Below, piece by piece: positions 1 through 11,232 of a stretch of DNA of 64,000 nt. Below the pieces are notes generated by a model, which was given only the letters and a program-made list of their open reading frames with translations, did no database searches and had not been told where the DNA came from. The stretch lies in the IMG/VR virus record IMGVR_UViG_2671180984_000014; one strand, written 5' to 3'. The DNA comes from a virus. Lineage: Duplodnaviria; Heunggongvirae; Uroviricota; Caudoviricetes. Every line of letters begins with the position of its first letter. Within the stretch, counting starts at the first letter, position 1. Position numbers and translations under genes: made by a program.

Positions 1-2285
1 CCAGACGGAACGGTATCTGATGGCCACGGGATTGGTGCGCCGACTGGGTAGCTTTCTGGTGGAAGATTTTTCGAGGTATAAACTTCTGCCCAGTCTTCCT
101 CAAAACCATAACCGTCTCTTGAAGAACGGTAGAACAGACCACCATTTCTGTAATTCGCCTTCATCTGCAAGGTCGGGCAACTTCCGACTCCGGTATAGAA
201 GTTAACCAGAATATAGCTGTCGGCAGAGCGAATGACATTGTAAGCGCCTGATTCGGCATTCCAGGGAACGCCCCCATCCGCATCGGCATACGTATCCGTT
301 GCTCTTCTGGCAAAAGCAGCAACATGCGCAGCGGTTAAAGTGATATCAGTAGAACCATCAAACGAGACGCCATTGATAGTACATGCTGTCTGCAACTTGG
401 TCGCTGTAGCCGCATTACCAGAGGTGTCCTGATCCCCTTTGGCATTGACGCCGGGAATTGAATCTTTTGACGTATAGACCTGCGCCCATTCAGACCAGTT
501 GGCAGAATCAGTATCACGCCGCGAACGGATATGTACGGGCGCATGGTCACCGCTCGTGCCACTCCAGCCAATGAATAACTCACCTTCGCCAGCAGCGGTG
601 GCACCTTTAAGGTGAAGCACATTGCCATAGGTGGAAGGGTAGCCATTGTTGTATGCCTCATACAGCTGAATCCCGGATGTTCCCTGTGCATTCGCCTCTA
701 GGGCCGTTACGCGACCGCGAGATACCAGAGTATTGATATTAATGTCAGCCGAACCATCGAACCTGACGCCATTAATGTTTATGGCTGTTTTTAATTTCGT
801 CGCGGTGTCGGCGTTCCCTGTCAGCGCCCCGGTGATCCCGCCGTTGAAACTCTGGCGCGCACTCCATGTGTTAGCCGTGCTCAACAGGGGGATCTTTTCA
901 CCGCTGGTACCGAGTTCTCTTAAACCAAGGTATTGGATAACGGCCTGTGTGCTTGTTTTAGCCAGAATATCGCGACCGACTGACGTTAAATCAGTCTGAG
1001 CTACCGTATCCTTACCAGTGAAATAAGGCAGTTTGTTTGCACCAGTCGCAAGGGCAGCGAGAGCGGTTAAAGTTGCATCCAGAGGCTGTTTGCCTGCCAG
1101 CGCATTTGTCATTGTTGTCGCAAAGTTCGGGTCATTGCCAAGTGCTGCGGCAAGCTCATTCAGGGTATCAAGAGCTTCTGGTGATGAACCAACCAATGCG
1201 GATATGGCAGCTCTTACATAAGCGGTCGTAGCAATCTGCGTGTTATTCGTACCCTGTGCAGCGGTAGGCGCAGTAGGTATTCCCGTTAATGCAGGACTTG
1301 CTAAAGGAGCTTTAAGAGCCAGAGCATTGTTGATAGTTGTGCTGAAATTCGGGTCGTTATTGATCGCAGCAGCTATTTCTTTAAGCGTATCCAGTGTGCC
1401 AGGTGCACCGTTGATAAGTGCCGTTATAGCTGCCTTAACAAAGGCTGTATTTGCGATCTGCGTGCTATTTGTACCTTGCGCTGCCGTCGGCGCGGTTGGC
1501 GTTCCTGTCAGACTCGGGCTTTCTATTGGCGCTTTGGTATCAGCAAGATCTTTTACAGACTTAACGGCTTTAGGGGTAGCCGCCATTGTTTCGCTGTCGC
1601 TGTTAGTTTCGCTACTGAGCTGAACTAATCCCTTTTGCGTTGTGCTTGCATCCTGCGCCGTATACTTACTGTTCGCCAGATCGTAGGCTTTTTTAACTGC
1701 CAGCGAACTTGCAGCAACATCACTTCTGCTACTGGTTACAGAGTCTGAAATATCAATGCCGATCGTGCGGTTAATACGCTCGGATGTATCAATCATCTCC
1801 TGGGTAATGGCTGATACTCCAGCAGGGATATTCACCGTACAAACAAGCAGCTCCCCATCTCCTAACTGATATGAATCGGTATAGGTTCTGGTAACAAATT
1901 CAGCCGCATGAATATGTGACGCGGTATTAACCTGATAGGTATCCTCTCCAAGGAGGTATCTTCCCTTCAGCACAATTGCATATTTCTTGCCTGCACTAAG
2001 TGCAAGAGGAATATCCGTACATTGCTGAATAGTTACCTGGTAGAATTCACCAATATCCACCGACGCCGCGCCTGCGGTTTTATCTCCATCCACTGAGGTG
2101 ATTAACAGGTTCATCCCACCGCCAGGCTTAGGTAAGAAACCGGCATAAAATCCCGGGTCAACAATCCCCCTGAATTTTCGGTTTAGCGCGGCTGACAGAT
2201 ATGGTTCGTGGTATTGCACATCAGCAACCAGAGCCAACGACTCGGGTGATGGGTAAGTAACCGATGTAACAACTGTAACGTCATT
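1..2285 (-). CDS. tail fiber protein, N-terminal ~760 codons; gene runs off the window start
   Basis: Minus-strand frame open from ATG at 2285 to the window edge (absent from ORF track because no in-window stop). Reverse-complement translation of 1441-1640 reads QKGLVQLSSETNSDSETMAATPKAVKSVKDLADTKAPIESPSLTGTPTAPTAAQGTNSTQIANTAFV, the tandem tail-fibre repeat; last codons in window read PESYPVGAPIPWPSD. Confidence 0.8.
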
Positions 2286-2299
2286 CATCAAGCATATCC

Positions 2300-2734
2300 T
2301 TATGCTGTAGTCGTGTTTATGGCCATAACTGCGGTATATGTTTTGCCCACATACAGCGAGTCTTCCTGGACACAAATAATGGCGATTGGCTTGTTCTCGT
2401 TATCCAGAACAACCAGAGTGTTGAATGGGTAGTTTTTCCCTTCCTGCAACTGGCTTTGATCAAGGTCCATTCGGACAGTAATTATCCCACCTGAGTAGGT
2501 TGGCACGAGGTTGATGGTACAAAATTGGCTGGTCAGTTCTGCCAGATCGAAAGCCTTTGGCAGTTCTCCAATCTCATAAGTGCCATCTCCTTTCTTAGTA
2601 ACCAGAGAACTGGTACCGAAAACGGCCTTGCTGATTAAAAATCGAGAGCCTTTGTTAATGGACGATTCAGCGCGCCGCTGATAGTAATAGTCCAACAACT
2701 GACTCTTATAGAGGTTTGTTGAGACGTCAGACAT
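2300..2734 (-). CDS. small tail-fiber-associated protein (144 aa)
   Basis: ORF immediately upstream of the tail-fiber gene on the same strand; call by synteny only. Confidence 0.4.
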   Translation of the reverse strand: MSDVSTNLYKSQLLDYYYQRRAESSINKGSRFLISKAVFGTSSLVTKKGDGTYEIGELPKAFDLAELTSQFCTINLVPTYSGGIITVRMDLDQSQLQEGKNYPFNTLVVLDNENKPIAIICVQEDSLYVGKTYTAVMAINTTTA

Positions 2735-2812
2735 GATTTTCCCTAATCACTGTTGTGAAGCCTCATTGTAAGAGAAGTAACTTGTCACCCCGCCCTGCGG
2801 ACGGGGTGATTG

Positions 2813-3652
2813 TCAGGCGTCGCTATCCAGCAACAAATCATCTGCGCGGGTGCGATCAAACGTAGGTGTCGCTTTCACAATAGTGCCACCAGGCGTTGCG
2901 GTGATCGGGGCGCTAATCGACGTAACTCCAGTAAGCGAAGTTGTATCCGAAGTTTCAAACCAGCAGAATGCTTTTTCGGTATCAGAAATCTCGTTCAAAG
3001 TGATCATGTCGGCCTGTTCATTTACAACAACCGACAAATAGAGCGTAAGCCCATCAAACACTATATGCAGTGGCAGTAGAGGCTTTACGAACTGATTAAA
3101 CTTTCTGAGAATTTCTTCTGTAATTGCGGACTGATCTATCGTGCCAGTAATACCCATTGTCCGGGCCAGGTCGTTTATGGGAATACTGATCATCCCTCTG
3201 GAAGTCAGAAACATCTCGCCGAATGTGCCGCCGGTAGTCTCCAATGTGCTTTCTGGTATTAGAACTGTGCCATAGGGATGACGCTCAAGGTCCACCGGTG
3301 CATATATCGGATCCCATAAAACAGAAATACCGTTAAATTCGCGGTAAATTGTCTGGTTTATAGGACGTTCAGTTCCCTTAAAGTGGATCTCATCAAGCCG
3401 CTGTTGTAACAACATCGGAACGGAAGATGAGTCCGAGGTTCTGATAGTAAAGAACTGGCCAAGTTCATTTGTCCTGGTCTCCAGATCCTCCTTGCTCATG
3501 GAGAAAATAGACTTCCGGTTGGTAATTCGCTCCAACCATGGGTCAACAAAGGTGTCCATCATTGACTGAACCAAATCAGCCAATGATTTATAGAGCAATG
3601 ACTTTTGCTTAGCTGATGTAAGCCGGTTATTAAACCAGGAACGCTGCATCAC
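2813..3652 (-). CDS. baseplate/tail assembly protein (279 aa)
   Basis: ORF in tail operon; start overlaps stop of upstream gene by 4 bp (translational coupling). Confidence 0.4.
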   Translation of the reverse strand: MMQRSWFNNRLTSAKQKSLLYKSLADLVQSMMDTFVDPWLERITNRKSIFSMSKEDLETRTNELGQFFTIRTSDSSSVPMLLQQRLDEIHFKGTERPINQTIYREFNGISVLWDPIYAPVDLERHPYGTVLIPESTLETTGGTFGEMFLTSRGMISIPINDLARTMGITGTIDQSAITEEILRKFNQFVKPLLPLHIVFDGLTLYLSVVVNEQADMITLNEISDTEKAFCWFETSDTTSLTGVTSISAPITATPGGTIVKATPTFDRTRADDLLLDSDA

Positions 3653-5082
3653 TCCTCCTCATACGAAATATTAAAGGTGGAGTTTTCTGTATCCAGATAA
3701 ACGAAATCGTAAAAGCCGTTGGACTCATTCCACTCGACAAATTCCAGATAAAAGTCGCGGAAATAACCCAGCGTTTCGATAAACGCCCAAACGTCTTTTT
3801 TCTTAATCAGGATGTACTTCCCGACGCGGTTCGGATCAAAGAAAGTTGAGTCGCGCCCAAATTTTGTTTCCAGTGCCGACTTCAGCTCATCGGTCACATT
3901 CTCAATGGTCAGGCTTGCCGATATCCGTCCGGTGATGGTTATCTTAAATGGTAGTTTTCTGACCTCTTTATACGAGAATTTCTTGTTCAACTCATTCGGC
4001 ACCTTCTTAAAGGCAGCCAGGATCATTTCTTCAAGCTCTGACTGGCTTTTATTTGGATGCCACCCTGAAATAAATATCTTATTGATATTCCGAACATTAT
4101 AAGCACCATCTAATTTCTCTTGCTGGCCTTCGCCCCATGCCTTTACCCATGACAGTCCCGGGATGTTACGCACCAGAAAATACGTATAGTCCCCGCCCCA
4201 TACGACCTGATCATCATAGGCAAGGTAATATTGTGCACGATTACGTGTGATCTCCGTTGTTTCGGCATCGGTACCTGCGGTTATGGGTGTCGTTGTCTTA
4301 ACTGAAATCAAATTAGCTAAATTAGCCGCAGAATCGACAGGCGTCAGATTTTGGCCAGCAACCAAGGTTATATCTCCGTTGGTGCACCATACCTTAAGTG
4401 TAATGGTCGAGCCTTCTGGCGGTATTTGCCCAATTAGCCCATCACCGAATCGAACCCCCAACTGCTCGGATGGTTTATAAAACTCAACGTAGACTTGGCT
4501 TTTACTACCGGCTAACCGGAACATAGTGCTGGAAGACCACTGCGTGGTCTTACCATCGGTCGTCACGAATACTTCCAGCTTATAGCAGACAGCAGTGAGA
4601 GCCTTTGATAACACGACTTCCAGAAATTCTTTGGCTGCCGTAACGGTATATGTCACCTCCTGGATTTCCAACTGTGCCACTTCTACCGTACCGGTGCCGT
4701 CAACCAACCTGCATACATCCATAGTCATGTAAGGGTACTGGTCGTCAGATATTAAAGGCATGTTTTTGGGGATTACCGCTGGGGCATCTTCACTTGTGGC
4801 GGTGATCTCAATCATCCCCGATGACGGTGTTGGCTTGGTACCAACATAATTGTTCGTTTCTGCCGCAGCCAGGATAGAGGAACGCCGCGTCGCGGTCGAT
4901 ATAAAGCCTTCAGCCAGCGCCGCATCGGCATATTGAAAACACCTGTACACAATCTGGGTAATAAACAATATCAGCATCGAGACAAATTGAGAGCCGACAA
5001 ACTTCGACCAGAATGAATCTTTCTCGACAAGCTCTTCAAACTCTGCACGAATACTGTCTTTAGTCGGTGTTGTTTTACTCAT
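3649..5082 (-). CDS. baseplate-associated structural protein (477 aa)
   Basis: ORF in tail operon, overlapping stop/start with neighbours. Confidence 0.4.
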   Translation of the reverse strand: MSKTTPTKDSIRAEFEELVEKDSFWSKFVGSQFVSMLILFITQIVYRCFQYADAALAEGFISTATRRSSILAAAETNNYVGTKPTPSSGMIEITATSEDAPAVIPKNMPLISDDQYPYMTMDVCRLVDGTGTVEVAQLEIQEVTYTVTAAKEFLEVVLSKALTAVCYKLEVFVTTDGKTTQWSSSTMFRLAGSKSQVYVEFYKPSEQLGVRFGDGLIGQIPPEGSTITLKVWCTNGDITLVAGQNLTPVDSAANLANLISVKTTTPITAGTDAETTEITRNRAQYYLAYDDQVVWGGDYTYFLVRNIPGLSWVKAWGEGQQEKLDGAYNVRNINKIFISGWHPNKSQSELEEMILAAFKKVPNELNKKFSYKEVRKLPFKITITGRISASLTIENVTDELKSALETKFGRDSTFFDPNRVGKYILIKKKDVWAFIETLGYFRDFYLEFVEWNESNGFYDFVYLDTENSTFNISYEEE

Positions 5083-5438
5083 AGCACCACGTCCTGTGTG
5101 ATAGTTATATCCCTGATACGAATGGATATTTTCAACTTATCAAAAGCATCTCCCTCGGCTACTGACAAGCCAGAAATCGGTATGTCGGGTAAATCTACCG
5201 TCAGTTTTTGCAAAAGCATTGCCTCAACCGCAATTTGAACATGCGACAAGTTGGTCGGTTCGTGTTTAAACTGCGGTAAAACATTGCCCCATGACGGATC
5301 TCCGTATACCTCACCCTGATAAGTGTTTAGCCACTCATATAAACGAGCGCCCCAGGCCTCCTCCTGGGACTCATACGTTTTTACGCCGGATAACTCCAGC
5401 GTCAGTAAAGGATCAATTTCGTTATTGTTGGCCATCAA
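5079..5438 (-). CDS. small virion morphogenesis protein (119 aa)
   Basis: ORF coupled to the transglycosylase gene (4-bp overlap). Confidence 0.35.
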   Translation of the reverse strand: MMANNNEIDPLLTLELSGVKTYESQEEAWGARLYEWLNTYQGEVYGDPSWGNVLPQFKHEPTNLSHVQIAVEAMLLQKLTVDLPDIPISGLSVAEGDAFDKLKISIRIRDITITQDVVL

Positions 5439-8400
5439 TCAACTCTCGCGTAGTCATTCATCAACGGATCATCAATTGACAGTGGCACCGTGCGCATAAC
5501 GCCCGGTTGAGGCGTGCTGACCTTTACGACAGTTCCCTGGCCTTTCGCCGAGTCTTTGGTGTGCTCTTCAATCCTGGCAAGCAATGAGGTCATCTGCGCA
5601 AACAGCCGCTTCGTTTCACCATCAAGTGAAACGGTATTATCAGCCAACTGCATTGTCGGCTTGGCACCAGAACCGCCAAGGTCACTAATAACCTGCCCGT
5701 CTATCTGCATACGACCGGTTGGTTGCTGCAAATCGTTGGCGGCAGTCGTCACCTGGGGCGTGGAGTCTGGTTGAGGAGAATTATTTGAGCGCATTCCCCG
5801 GGCATTAATGAGTTTGTCATACAGTCCATCAATCCCCATTTGTGCGCCGAGCTGGTCAAAGTAACTTGAGTTGTTGGCCACCGGACGTGCCTCTTCAACT
5901 GGCATAGGTGTATCAACATACACATTGCCAGCTGCCGTTGCGGTTCCCCTTCCTCGTGCACGTTCTTCGAGGGTTCCCTGGACGACTTCCCGACGCATCC
6001 CCCGGCCATTCATGAATTTGTTGACCAGATCGTTAACGCCAACAGCATTGCCGATTTTGTCTACCAGACCGCCTTTCTCAAACGGGCTATCACCAGGGGT
6101 AAACGCCAGACCAGTAGACTGATCGATAACGGCGTTATCAGGCAGTGGTCCCCTCACTCCAAATTGCGCCCCACCCTGTGCTCCTGCCCCAGGTGTATAG
6201 ATTTCACCACCTAAATAGCGAGCACGATGAGTATTGACCTTGATCGCGTACTCACGGTTTTCTTTCGATAAGTCACCTGTGCCTTTTTTCCACTTATTAA
6301 TAGTGCCAAACCCAGCGTTATATGCAGTGATGGCCTCGTTTAAGTCTCCATTGGCTTGCTTCAGATACTTGCTCATGAGAAGAGCCGCAGCTTCTGCCGA
6401 TTTTTCCGGATTAAAAGAATCTTCCCGGGATAATCCAGTTTCCTCACGAGCAACGCTCGTAAACTGGAACATTCCGAGAGCGCCACCACTTAGCTTTCCA
6501 TTTGGTGATCTTGTAAGCGTAGATTTTGCGTTAGGATCACCACCAGATTCAGTTGCAGCGATCGCGTAAAGAGTACCTTCAGGAAGGCTATATTTATTCT
6601 CTAGTTCAGCAAAATACGGAGCCAACTTATCGAGATTTGCCTTACCTTCAGCGCCAAGACTTCCGACTTTTACATCCAAGTTGCCATTGTTGTAGGTATC
6701 CGCAGCTTTCTGAATGTCATTCCTAGTGCCAGTGGTATTAAGCGACGATGATGACGAGCTATTTTGACCAATAGCTTTATCAATTTTCTGCAACGCGCTA
6801 TTGCCCGTTTCTACGGCATTTGCATTGATAATCTGATTAGCAGTTTCTTTAACTGTTTTATTGCTATCTTTCGCCGTGTCCAGTGCCGCATTTATCACGC
6901 GGGTAACAATATTAGTCTGTTTGGCATCGGATTCAGTTTTAGAATCAGATGTCTCCTGGTGGCTATTAACCGGAGCTTTTAACTCTGGAGTGATTTCTTT
7001 CGCATTAGCCTCGCCGATCGGATTGGGTATTTTTGATACAATCATTGCCGCAGGGGTATTTTTAACGGCATCAACCGCTGCATCTAATGCTTTACCGGGT
7101 AAATTTTTAACCCCATCCCAAATATTACCAGCCGCCTCTTTAATGTGTTTCCCTGGGTTCTTAATGAAATCAATTGCACTATCAATTGCATCACTGAAAA
7201 CCTGTTTCAGGTTATCGACAGTAAAGAAGTCTTTGATGGCATCCAGCTTTTCAAGCAGCTTATTAGATGTATCGCTAAACCATGCTGAAACAGCATCACC
7301 AATCTTTGCTGTGTAATCATCGAACTTGGTAGAAATGGTGTCGCCAAGGTTAGAAATATATGTTTCTAAGTTGGTAATCCCACTATCAATGGCCTGGGCA
7401 ATACTTTCCGTCGAAAATGATTGCAACATATTGCCGATATCCTCAAATCCAAGTGATTTGAGAACCTCACCAATGGCGCTGCTAATACCAGATACCAGTC
7501 CCCCCATATCAAGAACATTAGCTAACGTATAAGCGGCTTTTTGCTGGAATGATGGATCTTGTCCTGATTTAAGCCCAAACGCTCGACGTTGCGCTTCTGT
7601 ATCATTCCAACCGGTTACCGCACCATAAATACCTCCAGCCACTGTGCCGACTAGGGGAATTGCGCGTAACGCCCCTTTACCAACTGCCTTTAATCCAAGT
7701 TTACCTGCTGCCCGGGCAGCCAAATCTCCGCCTTCATGAGCGAGAGTCTTCTTGCCACCACCGCGTAGCATTCCTACAAGTTTCTTTGCCCCCAGAGCGC
7801 CAAAAGCGAGTGCTCCAGCTTTTTTCAGCATGCCACGCCCCATTAACAACGACGCGACGCCACCGGCCCCCTTCCCTAACAGGCTAAATAGTTTGGACAG
7901 CAAGCCGCCCTTCTTTTTACCGGTGTTTTTGGCTATCTGATCAAGGGCACGGAGAATCTTGTCATTGCCCTCTTTAATTTCGCTGGTCTGCTCCTGAAGT
8001 TCCTGAACCGTCCGTTTTTGGGTGTTAACCTGAACGACATCGGCACTATTTTGCGATTTACGCCTAAAAAAACCTTTTCTACGGCTGTTATCGTCATTGC
8101 CACGAATCACATCGGCAATAGACTTTCTGGCACCATTAAGCGATCCACCAACTTCTTTTGATATCCCGCCAAGCTCCTTCCCTGCTGCCCACAATGGACC
8201 AGCAACGGCGTAACCTAACGCATCGACGGCACGAGTCTCTGAAGGGTTACCTATGCCTTCAGCTACTTTTGACAGTTTTTTTAATAAACCTGATTCAGCA
8301 TTTAGACGCTCATCATCCTCTTTTCGCCTGGCCTTTTCTGCTCGTTCAGCACGGGCATCTTCCGCTGCGGCCTTACTCCCTGACTTTCCAATAAAACGAC

Positions 8401-8857
8401 CACGCGCATCGCGTTGGTTTTGGCTTTTTTGCGCACCGCCTTTTTGACCGAACATTTCGCGAGCGTGTTCGGCTGCTTCGGTCCGTTGTGCCTTTACATC
8501 CTCTGGTATAGCCTTCCTGCGTCGTTTTTTACCCTTTTGTGTGGTTGATTTGGCCCGCTGTTCCTGTTGAGCAACATCTTCCTGAACTACACGAGAAACG
8601 TCCCCTAAATTAAGCCGTTTCATTGCGTCAACAATAGGGTCTACGGATGGCGCTTTGGCCACAAAGTCAGGCCGGGAATTTTCGATTGTGCGATTTAATG
8701 CCGACACGCTGCGAGAGACAGGATCAACAGTAGCAACTCGCCCCCCTTTCAAATCTTCAACAGCTTCCCGAATACCTGCAAGCTCTTCCAGCTCTTTTGC
8801 GCTGGCGGTTTCAACCGTCCTTATCACATCGTCAATGTTGGCGTTTTTTCTTTCCAT
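5435..8857 (-). CDS. sit: virion injection transglycosylase, 1140 aa, with soluble lytic transglycosylase domain
   Basis: SLT signature LPEGTLYAIAATESGGDPNAKS...GALGMFQF in the C-terminal third; N-terminal half Lys/Gly/Ala-rich low complexity; size and position match P1 Sit. Confidence 0.8.
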   Translation of the reverse strand: MERKNANIDDVIRTVETASAKELEELAGIREAVEDLKGGRVATVDPVSRSVSALNRTIENSRPDFVAKAPSVDPIVDAMKRLNLGDVSRVVQEDVAQQEQRAKSTTQKGKKRRRKAIPEDVKAQRTEAAEHAREMFGQKGGAQKSQNQRDARGRFIGKSGSKAAAEDARAERAEKARRKEDDERLNAESGLLKKLSKVAEGIGNPSETRAVDALGYAVAGPLWAAGKELGGISKEVGGSLNGARKSIADVIRGNDDNSRRKGFFRRKSQNSADVVQVNTQKRTVQELQEQTSEIKEGNDKILRALDQIAKNTGKKKGGLLSKLFSLLGKGAGGVASLLMGRGMLKKAGALAFGALGAKKLVGMLRGGGKKTLAHEGGDLAARAAGKLGLKAVGKGALRAIPLVGTVAGGIYGAVTGWNDTEAQRRAFGLKSGQDPSFQQKAAYTLANVLDMGGLVSGISSAIGEVLKSLGFEDIGNMLQSFSTESIAQAIDSGITNLETYISNLGDTISTKFDDYTAKIGDAVSAWFSDTSNKLLEKLDAIKDFFTVDNLKQVFSDAIDSAIDFIKNPGKHIKEAAGNIWDGVKNLPGKALDAAVDAVKNTPAAMIVSKIPNPIGEANAKEITPELKAPVNSHQETSDSKTESDAKQTNIVTRVINAALDTAKDSNKTVKETANQIINANAVETGNSALQKIDKAIGQNSSSSSSLNTTGTRNDIQKAADTYNNGNLDVKVGSLGAEGKANLDKLAPYFAELENKYSLPEGTLYAIAATESGGDPNAKSTLTRSPNGKLSGGALGMFQFTSVAREETGLSREDSFNPEKSAEAAALLMSKYLKQANGDLNEAITAYNAGFGTINKWKKGTGDLSKENREYAIKVNTHRARYLGGEIYTPGAGAQGGAQFGVRGPLPDNAVIDQSTGLAFTPGDSPFEKGGLVDKIGNAVGVNDLVNKFMNGRGMRREVVQGTLEERARGRGTATAAGNVYVDTPMPVEEARPVANNSSYFDQLGAQMGIDGLYDKLINARGMRSNNSPQPDSTPQVTTAANDLQQPTGRMQIDGQVISDLGGSGAKPTMQLADNTVSLDGETKRLFAQMTSLLARIEEHTKDSAKGQGTVVKVSTPQPGVMRTVPLSIDDPLMNDYARVD

Positions 8858-8938
8858 GATCTTATCGCCTACCGCTTCGGTTTAAGTTTTTCTTCCAGTT
8901 TCTCCAACAGGAAAAACGCATAGGATTCAGTGAGCCTT

Positions 8939-9820
8939 TCAGCGTCCTGAATCGGTATACCCCCATACAAAACCAGGTTGGACACTAAGGTCTGATAGCT
9001 TTTCAATCCCCACCTGTGGAATGAAGTCGGTAGCCCGAAAGGGCACCCACAGACGGGTATACGCACCCTCTGTGGACTCCTTTTTATCCTGGTTTGGGCA
9101 TTTGTGCGGCGGGAGACGAAGACGCATTTCGCCTTTATCGATGTAGCACGGTAAACCATGTTCGAGCTTTTCATGAGCCAGTCGGATGTGTGCCGCCAGC
9201 TTCATAAATTCAGTATCAATGGCCATCCGTTTGATCGTTTCATAACGACGCTCAGCCTGCTCTTCACGAGTACCGCTAACATCGTTATAAAGTTCACACT
9301 GATAAGCGAATTCCCAAAAACGCAAATCAACGATCGCTTCTTTGAATTCCGCGTCGTCTTCAGGTGGCAATGCTGCACGGCGCATCTCCAGCATTTCCAT
9401 TGCCCAACCATCAAGCGGCACGATACGCCATTGATAAGGCACGCCCTCTACAGACACCTCAATATCGTCAATGAACGGTTCCACTTCCAGGACCTGGATA
9501 TCTTCAGCCAGAGCATTCATATCGCAATCGTAATAATGCTCTTTACCGCAATGTTTACAGGTGTAGGTGAATGTCTCGACCGGTGTTTCACGGGAGCCAG
9601 TAAATATCCACCATAACGCGGTAATCCGGTCCTGCGCCGTCCATGTCAGGGGATCATATTTCGCGGGTTCAGCCAGCAAGGCTTTTAAATACGCCGTTGT
9701 CTGTTGTTCTTGTTCCTCCGGTGTTATCGAGTTGAAACGCATCGCATCAGCAATATTTGGCTGACGGAACTGGATCAATTCAGTTGGCCGCGATGGTAGC
9801 GGGAAAAGAGGTAAAAGCAT
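8939..9820 (-). CDS. virion morphogenesis protein (293 aa) with CxxC pair
   Basis: ORF upstream of sit in same operon; CKHCGK motif. Confidence 0.35.
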   Translation of the reverse strand: MLLPLFPLPSRPTELIQFRQPNIADAMRFNSITPEEQEQQTTAYLKALLAEPAKYDPLTWTAQDRITALWWIFTGSRETPVETFTYTCKHCGKEHYYDCDMNALAEDIQVLEVEPFIDDIEVSVEGVPYQWRIVPLDGWAMEMLEMRRAALPPEDDAEFKEAIVDLRFWEFAYQCELYNDVSGTREEQAERRYETIKRMAIDTEFMKLAAHIRLAHEKLEHGLPCYIDKGEMRLRLPPHKCPNQDKKESTEGAYTRLWVPFRATDFIPQVGIEKLSDLSVQPGFVWGYTDSGR

Positions 9821-9834
9821 CCTTGCTCCTTAAT

Positions 9835-10446
9835 TCAAAGAGAAAAACTAAAGCCCAGAAGGGAAGCTAAAGAACTTGAGGATTGGTTAAACGTGCTGTG
9901 CAATGCGAAGGTCATTGGGAATGACTTAAATTCCGTAACCTGATCCCGCGCATAGGTGACATCGCCGGTAGTGACCGGGAATACCGTCATCTCATTTTCC
10001 AGTTTGGTTAAACCGGAGGACAGCAACCGATAAATACGCACATTGAGCAAATATTTAGACGGTATATTCCCGGTACCGTCCGGATTGATCACCCGACCTT
10101 TTGCCGTCTTAAACCAGTCCAAAACGAGGCCATCAACGGTATCCCTGACCATCATTGTTATCTGCCCAGGCGAACGCTCCGTTGGCTGAAGGATATTCCC
10201 TCCGCCTATTTTAATCGTTTCATATTCGATGCTGTAATCGTGGTAGGTAATGTCTTTGGCAAAGAAGTCTGCCCCCTCCAGACCATCAACTTCGACAGAG
10301 AACTGCCATCCTTGCGCGAACAGCATTTTGTTCATGATGATTGACGTCAGCTTACCAACTTCCCGCTCACCAACGCCGGAGCCAAATAATGTCGTCGTTA
10401 ATGCCGAAGATACATAAGACTTTACTGAAGCAACATTAAGCCCCAT
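9835..10446 (-). CDS. putative tail tube-like structural protein (203 aa)
   Basis: Size and position in tail operon; no motif-level proof. Confidence 0.3.
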   Translation of the reverse strand: MGLNVASVKSYVSSALTTTLFGSGVGEREVGKLTSIIMNKMLFAQGWQFSVEVDGLEGADFFAKDITYHDYSIEYETIKIGGGNILQPTERSPGQITMMVRDTVDGLVLDWFKTAKGRVINPDGTGNIPSKYLLNVRIYRLLSSGLTKLENEMTVFPVTTGDVTYARDQVTEFKSFPMTFALHSTFNQSSSSLASLLGFSFSL

Positions 10447-10456
10447 ATCAGCCCCC

Positions 10457-11080
<624 letters not shown>

Positions 11081-11232
11081 GAGTAGGAATGTTGTTGTCT
11101 GGGGGGTAATCAGTGTAGGTGGAATGAGGAATATGATATGGTTATCACATAATCAGATTGTTTTGAGTAAAACAATAAAACGCCCTTTAATGGGCGTTTT
11201 GTTAAAACTTAAATTGACTATCATTTCAAATA

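Noticed and set aside
335-691. Minus-strand ORF 335-691 (118 aa)
   Set aside because: Wrong frame relative to the continuous tail-fiber reading frame that covers the same DNA.
733-1623. Plus-strand ORFs 733-999, 1033-1221, 1037-1231 and 1240-1623
   Set aside because: They lie antisense inside the tail-fiber gene and translate to low-complexity Ala/Val/Leu strings; the minus-strand frame gives a clear tail-fibre repeat protein.
5435-8857. Reading the 1140-aa SLT-domain protein as a siphovirus tape-measure protein
   Set aside because: Neighbouring genes indicate a contractile-tail P1-like virion; the protein fits the injection transglycosylase of that group better.
5514-8885. Numerous plus-strand ORFs of 60-150 aa inside the 1140-aa transglycosylase gene
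   Set aside because: Antisense to a long, well-supported gene; no start contexts or motifs.
8869-9174. Minus-strand ORF 8869-9174 overlapping the 293-aa gene
   Set aside because: Alternative frame inside a longer ORF of the same operon; no independent support.
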